From contig CM022672.1 of NCBI GenBank assembly GCA_012295275.1, forward strand, positions 14,694,001 to 14,758,000: a DNA stretch of 64,000 nucleotides, given 5' to 3'. The DNA comes from Chrysomallon squamiferum (lineage: Eukaryota > Animalia > Mollusca). A model generated the notes under the pieces. The model saw only the letters and a list, made by a program, of their open reading frames with translations, ran no database searches and had not been told where the DNA came from. Below, one piece after another: positions 1 through 39,227 of this stretch (its first letter is position 1; the number at the start of each line of letters is the position of its first letter). The position numbers and the translations under genes were made by a program.

Positions 1-702
1 GAGAGCTGGAAAGTCTGGGGGTCTGCTATTATCATTGTCTGGGTGACTGAACAATCTGGGATTAATTCCATTGTCACTGACAGTGTTTCCACGTTCTATA
101 GATTGAAGCTCAGACAAGGAGGATCATGTTTGGAATATGGATTATGTAAAGCTGTCATCTTTCGATTCTCGAGTCCCATTATTATTATTATTATGTGGGG
201 GAGATTCAGATGGTGAGAAAAAACAAATAGAGACACATGTAAGAACATATAAAACACTGAGAAATACGTAGACACAACTATTTGTTGTTGGTTTTATTCT
301 GGGGTAGGGATTGTTTGGTTTTGTAATTTTTTGTTGTTGTTGTTGTTTTCTTTTTTTTCTTTTTTCAGGGTTTTTTTTTTTTTTTTTTTTTTATTGTTTT
401 GAAATTCTTTGTTTCTTGAAAAATACAATTTTTGTTGTTTTGCTTCTTTTTTCTTTTTTTTTATAATGAAGTTCTTTCATTCATTAAGACTATCTCTAAG
501 ATTTGATGTCTCTTAAATTCTTTAGTTTTTTATGAAACTCATTAAATTTTGTCATGAAGGTTCATTATAGACATACACACAAGCTTGCATACACACACTG
601 ATATGCATAAATACAACCATACATGCATGCATAGACAAACAAACACATACAGACTCACACATGTACAACATCCATACATAGACATATAAACAAACATGTA
701 CA

Positions 703-754
<52 letters not shown>

Positions 755-1467
755 CACACACAAATATCTTGCCAAATGATAAAACACTTCTATTTTATAA
801 ACTCATTTCATCTTGAAAGGCATGTGCAAAGAGAGGTCATTTCCCTCTTAAATATTGTTTGATTTGCACTTTATTGCTGTAACATGATGCAAAGAGCCAC
901 ACCTTTTAAATGTAATCTGTATTTTTTTTTTTTTTTTTATTATTATTATTTTTTTTTTTTTTTTTTTTTATTTTATTAATTAATTAATTTGCTGCTAATA
1001 ATTATTTAAGGAAGAGTTGTTTAAATCCTAAGAAAATGTTGTGAGTATCAGTATCTATCAAAATATTATCTTGGTTTAATAAGCGGTTTTGAAATCTCTG
1101 TTGGGTTAACATAACCATGCTAAGGTTTCAGTTCTAATTTAAAAAAATATTTTATTTCATTAGATCTAACATGCTATGTGGTTTCAGTTTCAGTTTCAAA
1201 AATATTTTATTTTATTAGATCAAATATGTTTTTGGTTTTTCATTTTAAATTTTAAAAATCTTTTTTCTTTTTGATTAAATCTGATTTGTTATGGTTTAAA
1301 ATTTTAAAATATTAAAAATGTATGTATTATTAATAGAAATATTGAACTTTTTTTTTTTTTTTTTTTTAAATTAGATATAATACTGGAACTGTTAAGGTTA
1401 ATGAAAATTAAAATATAATTATTAAATTATTTTTATTTTTATTATTTATTCTTTTTTCTTTCTTTTT

Positions 1468-1498
<31 letters not shown>

Positions 1499-2855
1499 GA
1501 AAAATTATCTCGAATTAAAAAGTGTCACCATGATAAAATTTGTATGAGTCACAAATTTTGTTTGCTTTGTGAATTTCAACCAGCATTTCGTTACAACAGG
1601 GGTTTTTACCAAAAAAAAAAAAAAAAAAAAAGTTCTTGAATAATTAAAATTTTTCAAATGACTCATTTTTTGAAAAAAAAAAAAAAAATGAAACCTTTTC
1701 AGAGACCAATATCTCCTTAGCAGAAAACAATTAATGACATCTGCAGAACTAATTAGAAACTTTTAGCGCCATCTAGTTTCTTCACACCTAATGGACTCGC
1801 ACACAAGTTGGGTTAAAAATTTAAAAAATCCACCATTCTGTCTGTGTCCTCATAATAAAAGACAATATCACTTCAACTCAGCCCGACAGGACCAAAAAAT
1901 AATAATAATCCAAATTGTTTTAGTTGGGATAATTTCTGTCACTCCTCTATTATCTGAAAGAATTTTTTTTTTTTTTTTTTTTTTTTTTTCTCCTTCAGAC
2001 GGCGACAGTGTTAAATGAAACACTAACGGAGATTAAAAATAGTAACGGAACAAAGACACAGTCTGAAAAGGTCATTTGTTCCTGCTCTGTTGACAAAGAC
2101 AGATGGTATAATAACCGATGCATTGGAGACAGACTTCTTCGGGTGTTTGAGAATGAATTGAGGGGGAAAAAAAAAAAATGAATCTAAAAAAAAGAAAAAA
2201 AAGAAAAAAGGGCTTTGTTCTTTGATGTAAAGTCTTGAGGAAATCGACCTGTCATTGGCTGTGTTTGTTTGATTGCGCAATGTGATTCGTCGCTGTCACT
2301 TCAAAGTGATCTTTTTGCAGCCTCTGTCTGCCATTTGCATTTTCAATCACCAGAACAAATCTTCATCAGTATAAATTTTATTCGTAATGGCTCAGATTTT
2401 TCACTATTAAATATTTGATACGTGATTCTCTCTCTATCTCTCCAGATTTTTTTTTTTTTATTATTATTTTTTTTATTTTTTTATTTATTTATTTATTTTT
2501 TTTCGGAATTTACTTTATAAAATAAGACAAAATAAATAAATTTATTTATTTATTTATTTATTTATTATTATTATTATCATCATCATTCTGAGTATGTAAA
2601 ATCAGATTAATACAGGATAAGTTTGATACTTCATTCAACCTTGTTATGGTTCAAGCACGCCTCACCTATGCACAATATTATTATATGTAATTACAATGAA
2701 AACTTATTTTCATAAGCCCAAGTAAAAGTTTTCAAAATGTTTAATTAAAAATATATGCCTAATTTTGCCACAATTATTTAAGCCATTCAGCAATTTTTAA
2801 TTTATTTTTTTCAAGATTACCGTTTTTTTATTATGTAGTAGTAACAGTTGTTGTT

Positions 2856-2897
<42 letters not shown>

Positions 2898-3810
2898 CTA
2901 GTGCTAGTAGTAGACGCAGAAGCAATAATAGTAACAGTAATGTTATTAGCAGTAGTAATGGCAGTAGCAGTTGTTGTTGATGTTGTTATAAAACAGTTAT
3001 GTATTAATAAATAAAGATACTTTTTAATATAGAAACAAAAGTGGAACAGATGGATTATGGGATATCTCTGGTTATTTAAAATGACTGAACACGTCCTCCA
3101 TACTAACAATTTTCTTCTGAACAAAAGTTCACACTGCTGTGAAATATTGATGCCAAAACTGTTTCAATATTCTGTTAACCTTTACACCTAGTCACAGTCG
3201 ATTAGGAACTTTTCATTTGATTTTGATGTCATTTGCTAGAAAAGTATCATCATCTTCATCTTGATCGCTCTGTCAATCAGTGTTGATGGATGTGTCAATC
3301 ACAGAAGGGCGACACCTACTGGCCCGGTCATCCAATTTGCTAGAGACTTTTATCGGCTTCATTAGGCACTGACGTCATTTTAATACATTTTATTACTTTG
3401 TTTTACTGAAAGATAAAAATGAAAGATAAATTATTTCATTAATTTGTTTTTTTACAGGATAATAAAAATACTTTTTTTTTTTTTTTTTTTCAAGTAAATA
3501 ATGAATCCATTTTTCTTATTAAAAATAAATATATAGAAATTATGTTTTATTAATTTGTTTTATATGACAATAAAATCTATTCGTTTTACTTAAAATAAAA
3601 ATGGAAGAATATACATTGTCCTAATTCTGTTTTACAATGTAATAACAATTTTTATTTTATTTACTTTCATGTTATGAAATGGGAAAAAAAAAAAAAAAAA
3701 AAAATCATATATTTTATTTATTATAAAAACGGAAGAAAAAAATACATTTTATTAATGGTCAATTATTCCAAAATGGTGGAAAGAAAACGGTTTTCTGTCA
3801 GTGGTGAGGA

Positions 3811-4185
3811 CAAATTATCTAAATTAAACTACATTAAAAACAAAAATTTTCACTTCAGTTTTTAACATAATTTAATTATGTTTATTTTTATATTCATAAT
3901 GTGATCATAATGCAGCACATGTTGAACTGTAATTGCTTCTGAAATAAAACGAAATCTGCCGTCAGAACAAACGCAAAGTGTTGACAGTTAACAAAGTCCA
4001 GTGTTTTGTGTGACACATCAGAGCTGAGTTGTCAGCAGAACCTGGCTTCACAATGGTCATCATTTGTGTTGCTGTAATCTGACCGTGTCCACAAAGAGTT
4101 AAAACTAGCCATCAGCAAACAGAAGAAAACTTGTCAGGCCATTTCCCAGACATCAAAGAACTTCTTCTTCCTGTGCTGGCAGTGT
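3811..4185 (+). repeat. Inverted repeat copy A (about 375 bp)
   Basis: Reverse complement of 13519-13893 with only scattered substitutions. Confidence 0.95.
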
Positions 4186-4799
4186 AATATGGCCAATTAT
4201 TGCCAGAGATCATTCCCAGGCCGGTTGAAATCTCCCTGGTTAATGACCAATAGGGATTTGGCTTAATTAACTGTGATTTGCAACCAGTAATGGCAGCTTC
4301 TGGCCAGAGGTCACCTTGGATGACCTCCTTGGGTCATCCCCATTGGTCATTTTTGATTAAAATTACATGGCTGGTTACTTGAATGGTACAAATCAGTTAT
4401 TGCTTGTGATAGCAGCATGTAATTTTGGTAGGCCTTCAGATTAGTAATAATAATAATAACAATGATAATAATGATGATGATGATGATGATGATGATGATA
4501 ATGTTAACAATAACTAATGATAATGATAATTATATTAATAACAATAATAACAATAACAATAACAATAATAATAATCAAGATGATAATGATAACAATAATA
4601 ATTCACGAAATGAAAATTTTTCATAATAAATAATAATAATAATGTATAAAAAAAAAAAAAAAAACAACAAGATTCATGGCTTATTACTTTTATAAATCAG
4701 TTTTCATAAGCAGAATTTGTTCTGAATGCAGTAAATCAACAGTAAATTCACTGACTCAAAGAAGATTTGTTATTACAGGTCAAGGGGAGTGTGCTGCAG

Positions 4800-4935
<136 letters not shown>

Positions 4936-5152
4936 GAGAGGAACAAACACACAAATAAACAAATGTACAGAAATAAATACCTATTAACAAATACATACAA
5001 AAAAAAAAACACAAACAAACAAATGCACAAACACAAATAAATAAATAAATACAAATATTAACACACACAAATACACAAATAAACTAATATAAAGACACAA
5101 ATGCACCCAAATAAAAAAAAAACACACACACACACACACACACAAACAAACA

Positions 5153-5192
<40 letters not shown>

Positions 5193-5747
5193 GACCACAA
5201 ACCCCTTTTTTCACAATCCAAACTCTGCCCACAAAATTAGCTCAGTTAAAAGGTGTGGATGTCTAAAACAATGAGCTGGTGATAAAACACCTGAACAGGT
5301 AAGTTATAAAATTATTTATAGATAGGTATTGATTTGTGTATCAGTCTGTGTATTGATTTAGCTCACAGCTGGGCTGATACAAATCACTTGATGTATGAGA
5401 TTACGATTATTCATTTCAAAGCCTTACAAACTTTCTCATATTTTTTGCCAGTCTCTTGTTTATGTAATGTGTGTGGTGTTTTTGTGTGTGTGTGTGTATG
5501 TGTTTGTCTGTGTATTAGTGTCTGAATGCAAGTGTTTATGCATTCATATATGTATATGTGTATGTATGTGTATGAAAATGTGTGTATATTTATTTGTGGT
5601 TATATGTGTGTGTATGTGTTTGTCTATGTGTTTGTGTATGATTACAAGTGTTCATGCATTTGTGTATATATATATGTGTGTATGTGCATAAAAATGTGTG
5701 TATATGTATTTGTGGTTATGTGTATGTCTGCCTATGCGTGCGCGCGC

Positions 5748-5778
<31 letters not shown>

Positions 5779-5941
5779 TTGAGATTTAAATATAACAGTT
5801 AGTTATGAGCTCATTGTATGTGTGGGTGCAAGTATGTGTGTGTATGTATGTGTGTATATTTATGTGTGAGTGTGTGTTATTTATATACATACATGTCTGT
5901 ACATATTTATATATATCTTTATTATACACCAGTTATAAACC

Positions 5942-5977
<36 letters not shown>

Positions 5978-8126
5978 GTATGTGTGTGAGTGTAAGTATG
6001 TGTAAAACTGGGTGTTTATATGTGTATACTGAGATTCAAGTATTACATAATTCCAGGTATATCCCCAAAATGGACGATATCTGTCTTAGTTTTTCTCCAT
6101 TCCAGACTAAATTTTTGTAAACAGTTTGAAAAGCTCAGAACTGAAACCTAACTTTTAGAGATGTGGTCTCAGAACCTACAAATATTATACCTGACAAAAC
6201 AACCATTGTCCTTGTGAATACAAAAAAAAAGTTAACTTAATACCAGTTAAATAAACACTGTACTTTACAGCTTACCCACTGTTGCTAATGATTTGGGAAA
6301 ACAGCTGTTTTACATTTTGTTTTCATCAATTAATTTTGAATGAGAGCTGTAAGAAGGATTCGTTCTCAGAACCTTCCAGTCCAAAAAAATCAGTGACTTA
6401 GCCAAGCATCACGGAGGCTGGTGGTACAAGTACTTGATTGGGAAACTAACTCAGCATCAGTGGTTTTTATACAGTTTTGTGACTACCTACTTGAACTCAG
6501 TCTGACTGGTCTCAAGAATTTTTCCAATTTTCTTGGATCTCTTTATCACATCAGTTTGGATTATCAGGCCAAAGCTTTGCCTGCCAGGGTCACTGGCTGG
6601 TGCAGGGCGCCTGCACTGATAGATAGACTGATACTGATAGATAGCCTGATACTGATAGATGAATGCGATAGAGATGGTCTGATTGGAACTAACTCATTTA
6701 GTGCTTAGTTGGTTTTGATATATGCGGCCAGTGCAAATGCAATAACACACCCACGTGTCAGAAGATATTTTATAACAGACCAACAGGATCTGATACATCA
6801 AATATGTATGACTGACAGACAGACAGACAGTAACAGACACACACACATCAGTGAACAGACCAAAACAGACGTACAAATTAGTGAACAGATACATAGATAA
6901 ATAAATTTATTATAAAGTTTATATTATGTGAAGATGTGTGTGCAAACAAATGAATCTGCTGGTGGAAAGACAGATGTATGAATGTATAAATAGTAAAAAT
7001 AAATAAATAAATACTTAGTAAATTTGTATTTGCTTTAAAATAAACATTATGGATGAATCAACTGCTAGTAGGATGAATGGATAAATAGATGACTGGATGG
7101 ATAAATGAATGAATGATGAGTGGATGTAAGTTACTTGTTTGAATTAATTTAGGCATGTGAGTCATTTATGAAATAGTTCTGTTAGAAAAATGTTCAGGTA
7201 TGCCTACTGAGGGCAACTGTTGTGACATAACACAAAATTTCTGTACACAGAGGACAAACTTGGTTCTAATTTTTCTAAATAGCTCAGCTTAAATCTTGTA
7301 ACTGATGATTAACAAAACAGAAAACAAGCAAAAAATCTAATTTTACAAAATATATCAATCTTAAGTTGGCTGCAAAACCACCAGATTAATTCTGAATCTG
7401 TAACACACACCCACACACCCATGCACACTCATACACATACACACACACAACATACACAACAATCACATCCACACACACACACACAACACACACAACACAC
7501 ACACACAGACACAAACATCAACCTGCTGACACCAATTTTCTTTTTATCTCTCTCCATTACCAAAATGTCACATTTTCTTTATTACAAAATATTTTCATAA
7601 TAAAAAAAAAAAAAAAAAAAAAATGTCATCCCAAGACCAACACATTTATTTCACAGATTTCCAACCATGATCGGTCAAGCGTGCATGAACCCTCCCTCCT
7701 TTCCCCCCACCTCCCACCACCGTTCGTGAATCACTGAGAGCAAACTAACGAGCATTTCGTTAAAAAAAAAAAAAAAATGTGTCCACACTATCTCCATTGC
7801 CATCTCATCACACGCACACAGAAACAGAGAGACACCCCCAAACCTTCCACTTAGAACTCTGGTTTGCATAATTCTCTGTGACGTTATTGCATTACTCCAG
7901 ACACTCCCAGTAATATCAGGATCCTCAGGGGAACAGGACAACGAGATTTTCCTCTTCTTCTTTTTTTTTTTTTTTTCAAGTCTACTGCCTCTTTGACAAA
8001 CGGTCTGTGTGGTAATTTGCTTTGTTTCGGTGTTGAGTTTTTTTTTGCGAGGACTTTGTCAAAGTTTTCTCACGATGGGTTTAAACAATGAAAGAGCAGG
8101 AAAGGGCAGGTTTGGACTGAGATGGT

Positions 8127-8173
<47 letters not shown>

Positions 8174-8578
8174 GGAAAAGTGTGAATTTTTTTTTTTTTT
8201 TTTAAATGTTATTATTTTATTTTATTAATATATTAGTAGTGGTGGTGGTAGTAGTTGTTTTTTTATTAGTACTGCTGCTGCTACAACTACTACTGCTACT
8301 ATTACTATTATTAATACCATTACCACTACTATTTCTACAACTATTAGTACTAATACTAATGATGTTGTATTTATTATTGTTATTATATTTATTATTATTA
8401 TTATTGTTATTTAATTTTTCCCTCTGCTTAAAAAACAACAACAATAAAACAAACACAAAAACAGTGTACAAAAACTAAGTCATGAAAAATTGAACAAAAT
8501 ATTTATTGTTGATGCTGCTGTTATAGTCTATAATAAAAAAATTCTGTTAAAAATAATTTTATTTTCTAATTATTGATG

Positions 8579-8610
<32 letters not shown>

Positions 8611-8611
8611 C

Positions 8612-8655
<44 letters not shown>

Positions 8656-8760
8656 TATCTGTATTATCTACAAACATTATGCACATAAAAATTCATCATT
8701 TTGGACATAATACTTTTGTTCAATAACATTTTTATATATTTAAGTTTTTTAATGTTTCAG

Positions 8761-32903
<24,143 letters not shown>

Positions 32904-33079
32904 ATTAAGACTCTGCAGTTGTTGTTGTTGGTGGTGGGTTTTTTTAAAATCTGATGTGGTTGTTATGTCTTTCAGAGTCAAATTACAGGGTTTTTAATGT
33001 CTCATCAGTATTTGAGAAAAAATAGAAGTGGAATAAGCAAAACCAGTTGAGGAGTTTGAGAAAAGTATGGAGTAGAAGG

Positions 33080-33500
33080 TGAAGGAGCACTTGGAAAGAG
33101 TCTGAAACAGAGCATAGGGAAAAGTCTGAAACAGAGCATAGGGAAAAGTCTGAAATAGAGCACAGGGAAAAATCTGAAATAGAGCATAGGGAAAAGTCTG
33201 AAATATAGCATAGGGAAAAGTCTGAAGTAGAGAGCAAGGAAGGAATGTGAAATAAAGCACAAGGAAAAAGTGAAACAGAGCACTGGGGAAAAGTCTGAAA
33301 TACAACACAGAGGAAAAGTCTGAACAGGACCTGCAGCACATGGAAAAAGTTCAAAATAAAGCCCAAGATTCTGAAATGAAGCACATGTTAATAGCTGAAA
33401 AAGAGCACAGTGAAAAACCTAAAGTAGAACAGTCTGAAATAGAGTAAGACAAAAAAAAAATTAAAATTAAGTACATGGAAATCAGACTAGAGCACAGGGA
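33080..33500 (+). repeat. 24 bp minisatellite in the Crumbs-like 3' UTR
   Basis: AGAGCATAGGGAAAAGTCTGAAAY repeats, degenerating downstream. Confidence 0.9.
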
Positions 33501-34092
33501 CAAAAAACAAAACAATGATGAACAGAGTTTGTGAGTGGAATTTCCATTTTATGGCAATCACAGAAAAATCCCACTGAAGTTCTGTTGTTTTATTATTTTA
33601 CAAATCACGAAGAAATTGTTTTTAGAATGATAATGACAGAAACTAGACAAGGGTGTTTCAATAAACTCTTACTGTTATTAAACAGAAGTCACACATTATC
33701 TCAAAACAAATTTAGAAAGATTAGGTTCTCTGAAACAATTGAGATTATGAAAATAGTGAAAAGATTTTTTTTTTATAATAATTTTGTTAAAAATTTTACT
33801 TAAAAATACATTAATTGTGATGTCTGTAAAAATCTAGTATCATTGTATTAATGTTTTGTTAAATTTATTTTAACAAATTTTACTGGGTTTTTTTTCGTTT
33901 TTTTTCTGGATTTTCATGAAGTATTTATTTTATATCAGAATTTTAAGAACCTCATTATACTTAATGGAATATTGTCAGTATTATTATTGTATCAAAAATA
34001 TCCAAGTACTTCTTGCAACAGTTAATATTAATAAAATTCAAAGATGTCTATTACTTATTTATTTATTTTATTTTATTTATTAATTAATTAAT

Positions 34093-34123
<31 letters not shown>

Positions 34124-34724
34124 TTTTACTTTATTTATTTAGTATTTATTTTTATTTTTTTATATATTTGAGAAATTTTACTTAATAAAATATGCACAAA
34201 AACATATATTTTATACAATATATAGTTTGTTTTGACATATACCCTTGAACGAGCAATGTGTTGTTCTATTTTTAGAAATACTATTAACCCTTTGAACCCA
34301 AGGGATCGCATAATTATATCAACAACAGTTAACATTCATATAACTGTTCATATGCAAGACTCACTAATTCAACCAATCAAAAATGAAGTTATTTTTACTT
34401 ATCTTTGACAGCCCCTTCCATTTCATGCAAAGGCCCCAATTCAGTGTTCACACCAAGGAATTTTGTTCTCAATATGCACCCCCCCCTTCTTTTCTGTAAT
34501 TCTGGATCTGCCCTGGTACAGAGTGAACTTAAATTGAAGTTGGAGTTCAGAGGGTTAAAAGTTATTTGTCATTGTGCTTTCTGTTGGTGTTGATGTTATG
34601 TGTTACTAACAAATGTCTTCCCCAGTTACAAATCTTACTGTCAGTATTTGTAATTACCAGACTACAGTAGAATAATTTGATGTATTATCCTATGTAGTGT
34701 ATTGAGGTACCCTTTGTTAAGCCG

Positions 34725-34795
34725 CACACACACACACAGACAGACACACACACACACACACAGATACACACACACAGATACACACACACACACAG

Positions 34796-34831
<36 letters not shown>

Positions 34832-34895
34832 ATACACACACACACAGATACACACACACACACACACAGATACACACATACCCACACACACAGAG

Positions 34896-34934
<39 letters not shown>

Positions 34935-34995
34935 TACACACACACACACACACACAGAGATACACACACACAAACACACACACACACAGAGATAC
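34725..34995 (+). repeat. Compound (CA)n/GATA microsatellite
   Basis: Direct read. Confidence 0.95.
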
Positions 34996-36092
34996 ATACA
35001 TTGCTGCTGAAAAATAATATAATAATAAGCGATTGCCAAAAATGTATCCATTTTCTAGAAAAACAAATATTGTCAAACACAAAGTATTATGACTTAACTG
35101 AAATGTGGTCACATATTATAAACGTTTTCTCTCTCTCTCTTCCACACAGATGCATGCACATGCATACATATATTAAAGATACATACATACAAATACACAC
35201 ACACATATAGACATAAAGAGACTCACATAAAATGATTTCAGAATGTAGTAACCTCTAATCACTGTAGATATAAAATTTGCAGTGATTATAAATATACTGA
35301 ATCAGTCTTCCAGTAATTTTTACATTGTTCTAACAGTCGAAATTATGATGAAGAATTTTAAATTTGGCAATCTGTATCAAAATATTAAAAAATTTTCCGT
35401 TGTATTTGTGAATAATATTTTCATTTCAGAATTATTTTTTTATCATGATGTATGTTTTATTGTTTATTCGTTGCTTTTTCTTTCATTAATAACTGTTGCC
35501 ATTTTTAAACACATTTATTACACCCCATACAGTAATATAGCCTTGTTTTGAATTGGGCACTGTCCTGTAATGCAATACAACATCACTTTTATAGGATGGA
35601 CAATTTTTCAGCTTCAGTATGCAGCAAGTTTGTATAGCTTTCCAATTCTTTCTGAAAATAATATTAACAGAGATAAAAGTTACTAGTTTATTATTTGTAA
35701 AATAATAACTGTCTGCATTATCTATTTACCTTTTGAATATCTTTAACTGGAGGTTTCTTAGTTTTGACTTGGCTTAAAGCTCATTTTGAGTACAGGAACA
35801 ACTATTAAGATATAACACAATCTCTGGCGTGTGACACAATGTTTTGATCAGTCTTATGTGGTATCAACTAATCCCATCTTAGTCCAAATGTTTGTCAATA
35901 TTTTACAGTATCTGCCTTACTAGTTAACAGCTGAAGTTATCCTGTGTGAAATGCTCTTTTTTACATTTTAGTATTTAGACCAAAGTCATTAATCAGGTTT
36001 CGTTTCTTTCCTGTAAAATGAACACATTGCATTTCTGGACAAGTGCTCCAATTGTATAATTGGGTCATTTCATCATGGGGTGTAATACAAGT

Positions 36093-36130
36093 AATAAAGA
36101 GTTTTATATTTATATAGGTGTTTCTTTTTT
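36093..36130 (+). terminator. Candidate Crumbs-like poly(A) signal
   Basis: AATAAA followed about 20 nt later by GGTGTTTCTTTTTT and further GT/T-rich sequence. Confidence 0.3.
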
Positions 36131-36771
36131 GACAATATTTGTTGCTATTGTTTGTTGTTGCTTTTGTTTAATTAATGATTGTTGCCTTTTCATTTTGTAT
36201 TAATTTTATTATTTTATAGATTTTAAAAAATTATTATTGTTTTTGTTCTTTTTAATTTTTATTATTTGTTGCTTTGATCTTCCAGTGGTAATGCTTTGAA
36301 GTAAAACAGAAAAATCTTTTTTGTTTTATTATTATTATTATTATTAACAAAATAAAATAGTTTCACAATATAAAATGTTTTGTGGCTTCTTTAAAAAAAA
36401 AAAAATGGTTTTTATTTGTTTTAAATTAAGCTTCAGATTTTTATGTTTTCTCTTCATTATTCAGAAATGACAAAGTTTTAACTTGATGGTCAGAGCATCA
36501 GTCTCAGTGCTGAGTAACAAGATCAGTGTTCCTCAGGGCATTCACTGAGTTATTTCCTGATCCAGTTAATGCTCTAAAACAGTTCCATCAGAAGACTGTC
36601 TGAAGTATTATCTTCTAAAGGATGGTTTTTCTCAAGAAAAAAAAAATAATAATAATCTTTTGCTCAAGGTTTCCACTCATATTTTGACCAAAATAAATGT
36701 TCTTTTATTCATTCCTTTATACAAACATCGATTCACACATGCACTCACCCACACACACAAGTGTACCTGGA

Positions 36772-36785
36772 TTTATTGCAATAAA
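36772..36785. terminator. Palindromic poly(A) signal TTTATTGCAATAAA; probable COX 3' end
   Basis: AATAAA on both strands; on the - strand it is followed by CA and a TGTGTGTGGG GU-rich tract. Confidence 0.4.
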
Positions 36786-38754
36786 AATTAAAAATTCCAT
36801 TTGTCATTCATTCATATACAACAGACAAACAAAAATCATATATGTAAATATTAAATAGCATTGTTTATTCACCTGTTTGTCTTACATTCAGAAATATAAA
36901 AAAAAATTACCATCATTAAACACAATTTATTAATTTTTATTTTTTTGAACGACAATATCTCTGGACAGCTGTAATTCCCCTCTTAGTGCCAGAACAGTCT
37001 ATTTCCCATTCTTAGAAGTGCTCCACAACTGTGAATTATCAAAGGCCATAATAAATGCTTTTCTTTATATATATATATATATATATATAAAAGATTCCTT
37101 GCTGTTAATTAATAAGAGTAACCCATGTAATGGCAGCAGTTTTCTTTTTTTGTAATGTAAAAATAATAAATTTAAAAAAGAAGCATCCATTGTTTCTGTC
37201 TCTGATGCTTAGTAACATCATTAATCAGTAATGTTTAGAATCTGTCATTACACAAACATTTATCAGTACACAGATGAGATGTAAAGTAGCTGCATACATG
37301 GTGAATGTTTAATTCAATTCAAAAACAGATGAACATAATACAAATACACATATCAAAAGATGTTTGGCAGTGATAAAAGTAATTACAAAATACTAAGAAA
37401 TATATTAAAAAGTTATGTAATAATATCATAACGAAGTATTATGCAATATATATATATATATATATATAGATGTATATATGTATGTATGTATATGTATATT
37501 GCAATTTTTATTTATTCCTAATTTTTTAAAAATATTATTTTTGTTCTTTATATTCAGTATAAAATTTATGTTTTTAAAAGAACTACGTATAAAATAAAAT
37601 AATGCCACACAAAATATAACATACTTTACAATCATCAAAAGCTCAGACATAGCCAAAACAGGGGGAATACATAAATTATATGTAACAAAATACAGATCTG
37701 ATATGACACAAATCAAAAATGTTTAAAATATTTTACAATTATATAGCAACTGTTATAAACTATGGCAATGTTTGTGAAACATACTGAAACAGGAAAAGAG
37801 ACAGAGATGGTTAGAGAGAGACAGAGAGAGAAAGAGAGAGTAAGCTACAATCAACATATTATAAACATAATGATTACTAGGTAAAACATGCCAGTAAAAG
37901 CAACAACAACAATGCAATAACCAACAACATGAAATGAAAACAACAGATCTGCTGCAAATAATGCCTTTGAAATCCTATTCTTTGTATGCACATAAATGAA
38001 CAACATTTTCATGATGATGATTATTATTATTATTATTACTGTTATCATCATCATTATTATTAGTAGTATTATTAGTATTATTATTATTATTATTATTATT
38101 ACTATTATTATTATTACTATTATTATTATTTTATTATTATTTTTATTATTATTATTATTATTTACAAATGACATCAAGTATATAATGAGTGGTTTCACTG
38201 AGACTCAACTAATACATCAGATCTGATTTATAATTATACCCTGATAACTCACTGTGGTAATGGTGTTTTGTGTAATGAAAATTTCTATCTGAGTATTATA
38301 TTTTCCACCCAGTAGATTAAAAAGAAGAAATCTTAAGAAAGTATGGATTTTTTGACATCATAAAACTTCTAAAGAGGCTTGTGAATTATTTTATATAAAT
38401 ACATCTTTTAAATTTTTCTATATTACCTAAATATCTGCTTAGTGTCATACACACTGGAGTGTCTATGGTTAATTATTTTTCCAAAAACAAAACATTCACT
38501 ATCTCATACATTATCATATACAGAGAATCATTTACAATATCTATACAGTTATGTCTGTGAAATCTGTAGAGTTAATTATTTTCCATAAACAAAACACTCA
38601 CCATCTCATACATAATCTTAAGCAGTGTCAAACACAATGTCTGTGCAATTATTTATTCTTTACAAAAAAGCAAATTACGTCATATAATCTTCTATAACAA
38701 TGAAAATCAATCATACACACATACCAGTACTGTATCATACAGACTCCTGTACAT

Positions 38755-38823
<69 letters not shown>

Positions 38824-38859
38824 CAGACACACACATACACATCACACTGAAAACAAATG

Positions 38860-39227
38860 CTACAATTCGTCATGAACGTAGTCAACCTCCTTTTCGGAAT
38901 CCACATCAACCTCAACGTGGTCTGGAACGCGAAAAGACACGAGTGGACAGCGTCCCTTTATATTTTTACAGAACAGATCCTGAAGAGTGGCAGTTTTAAC
39001 GAGGTTGAAGCCCACTTCGCCCCCAAATGTTGAAGGCTTCCAGTGTTTTGGACTGCAGATGGGGTTTGACAGCAGACCCTTCACAGAGAACGGTCCCCCG
39101 ATTTCAATCAGCGAGCTACCAAACATAGCCTTGTGTCTTCTCTTCTCCAGAAGAAGTCCTACGTAATATTCCACCGCGTCAATATCACCGTACAGCTGTT
39201 CCAGTTCCTTGGCCATTACTTTCTCAC
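38860..39227 (-). CDS. PTGS: COX last exon, Ser530 equivalent and HDEL
   Basis: [20 protein letters not shown]...[26 protein letters not shown]...VHDEL-stop. Confidence 0.95.

Noticed and set aside
137-212. Possible first coding exon of the Crumbs-like gene (MDYVKLSSFDSRVPLLLLLCGGDSD, phase-1 donor G|GTGAGA)
   Set aside because: The phase fits exon 8761, but the hydrophobic core is only a (TTA)5 repeat followed by acidic residues, a poor signal peptide; not supportable without transcripts.
5250-5304. Strong donor CAG|GTAAGT at 5298
   Set aside because: In-frame stop just upstream and no acceptor or promoter evidence; cannot supply the signal peptide.
34476-34515. Possible MITE terminus (CCCCCCCC...AATTCTGGATCTGCCCTG)
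   Set aside because: No matching opposite terminus or target-site duplication found.
36800-38859. AU-rich destabilising elements in the COX 3' UTR
   Set aside because: ATTTA pentamers are present but not clearly above background in such AT-rich DNA; no clustered overlapping array.
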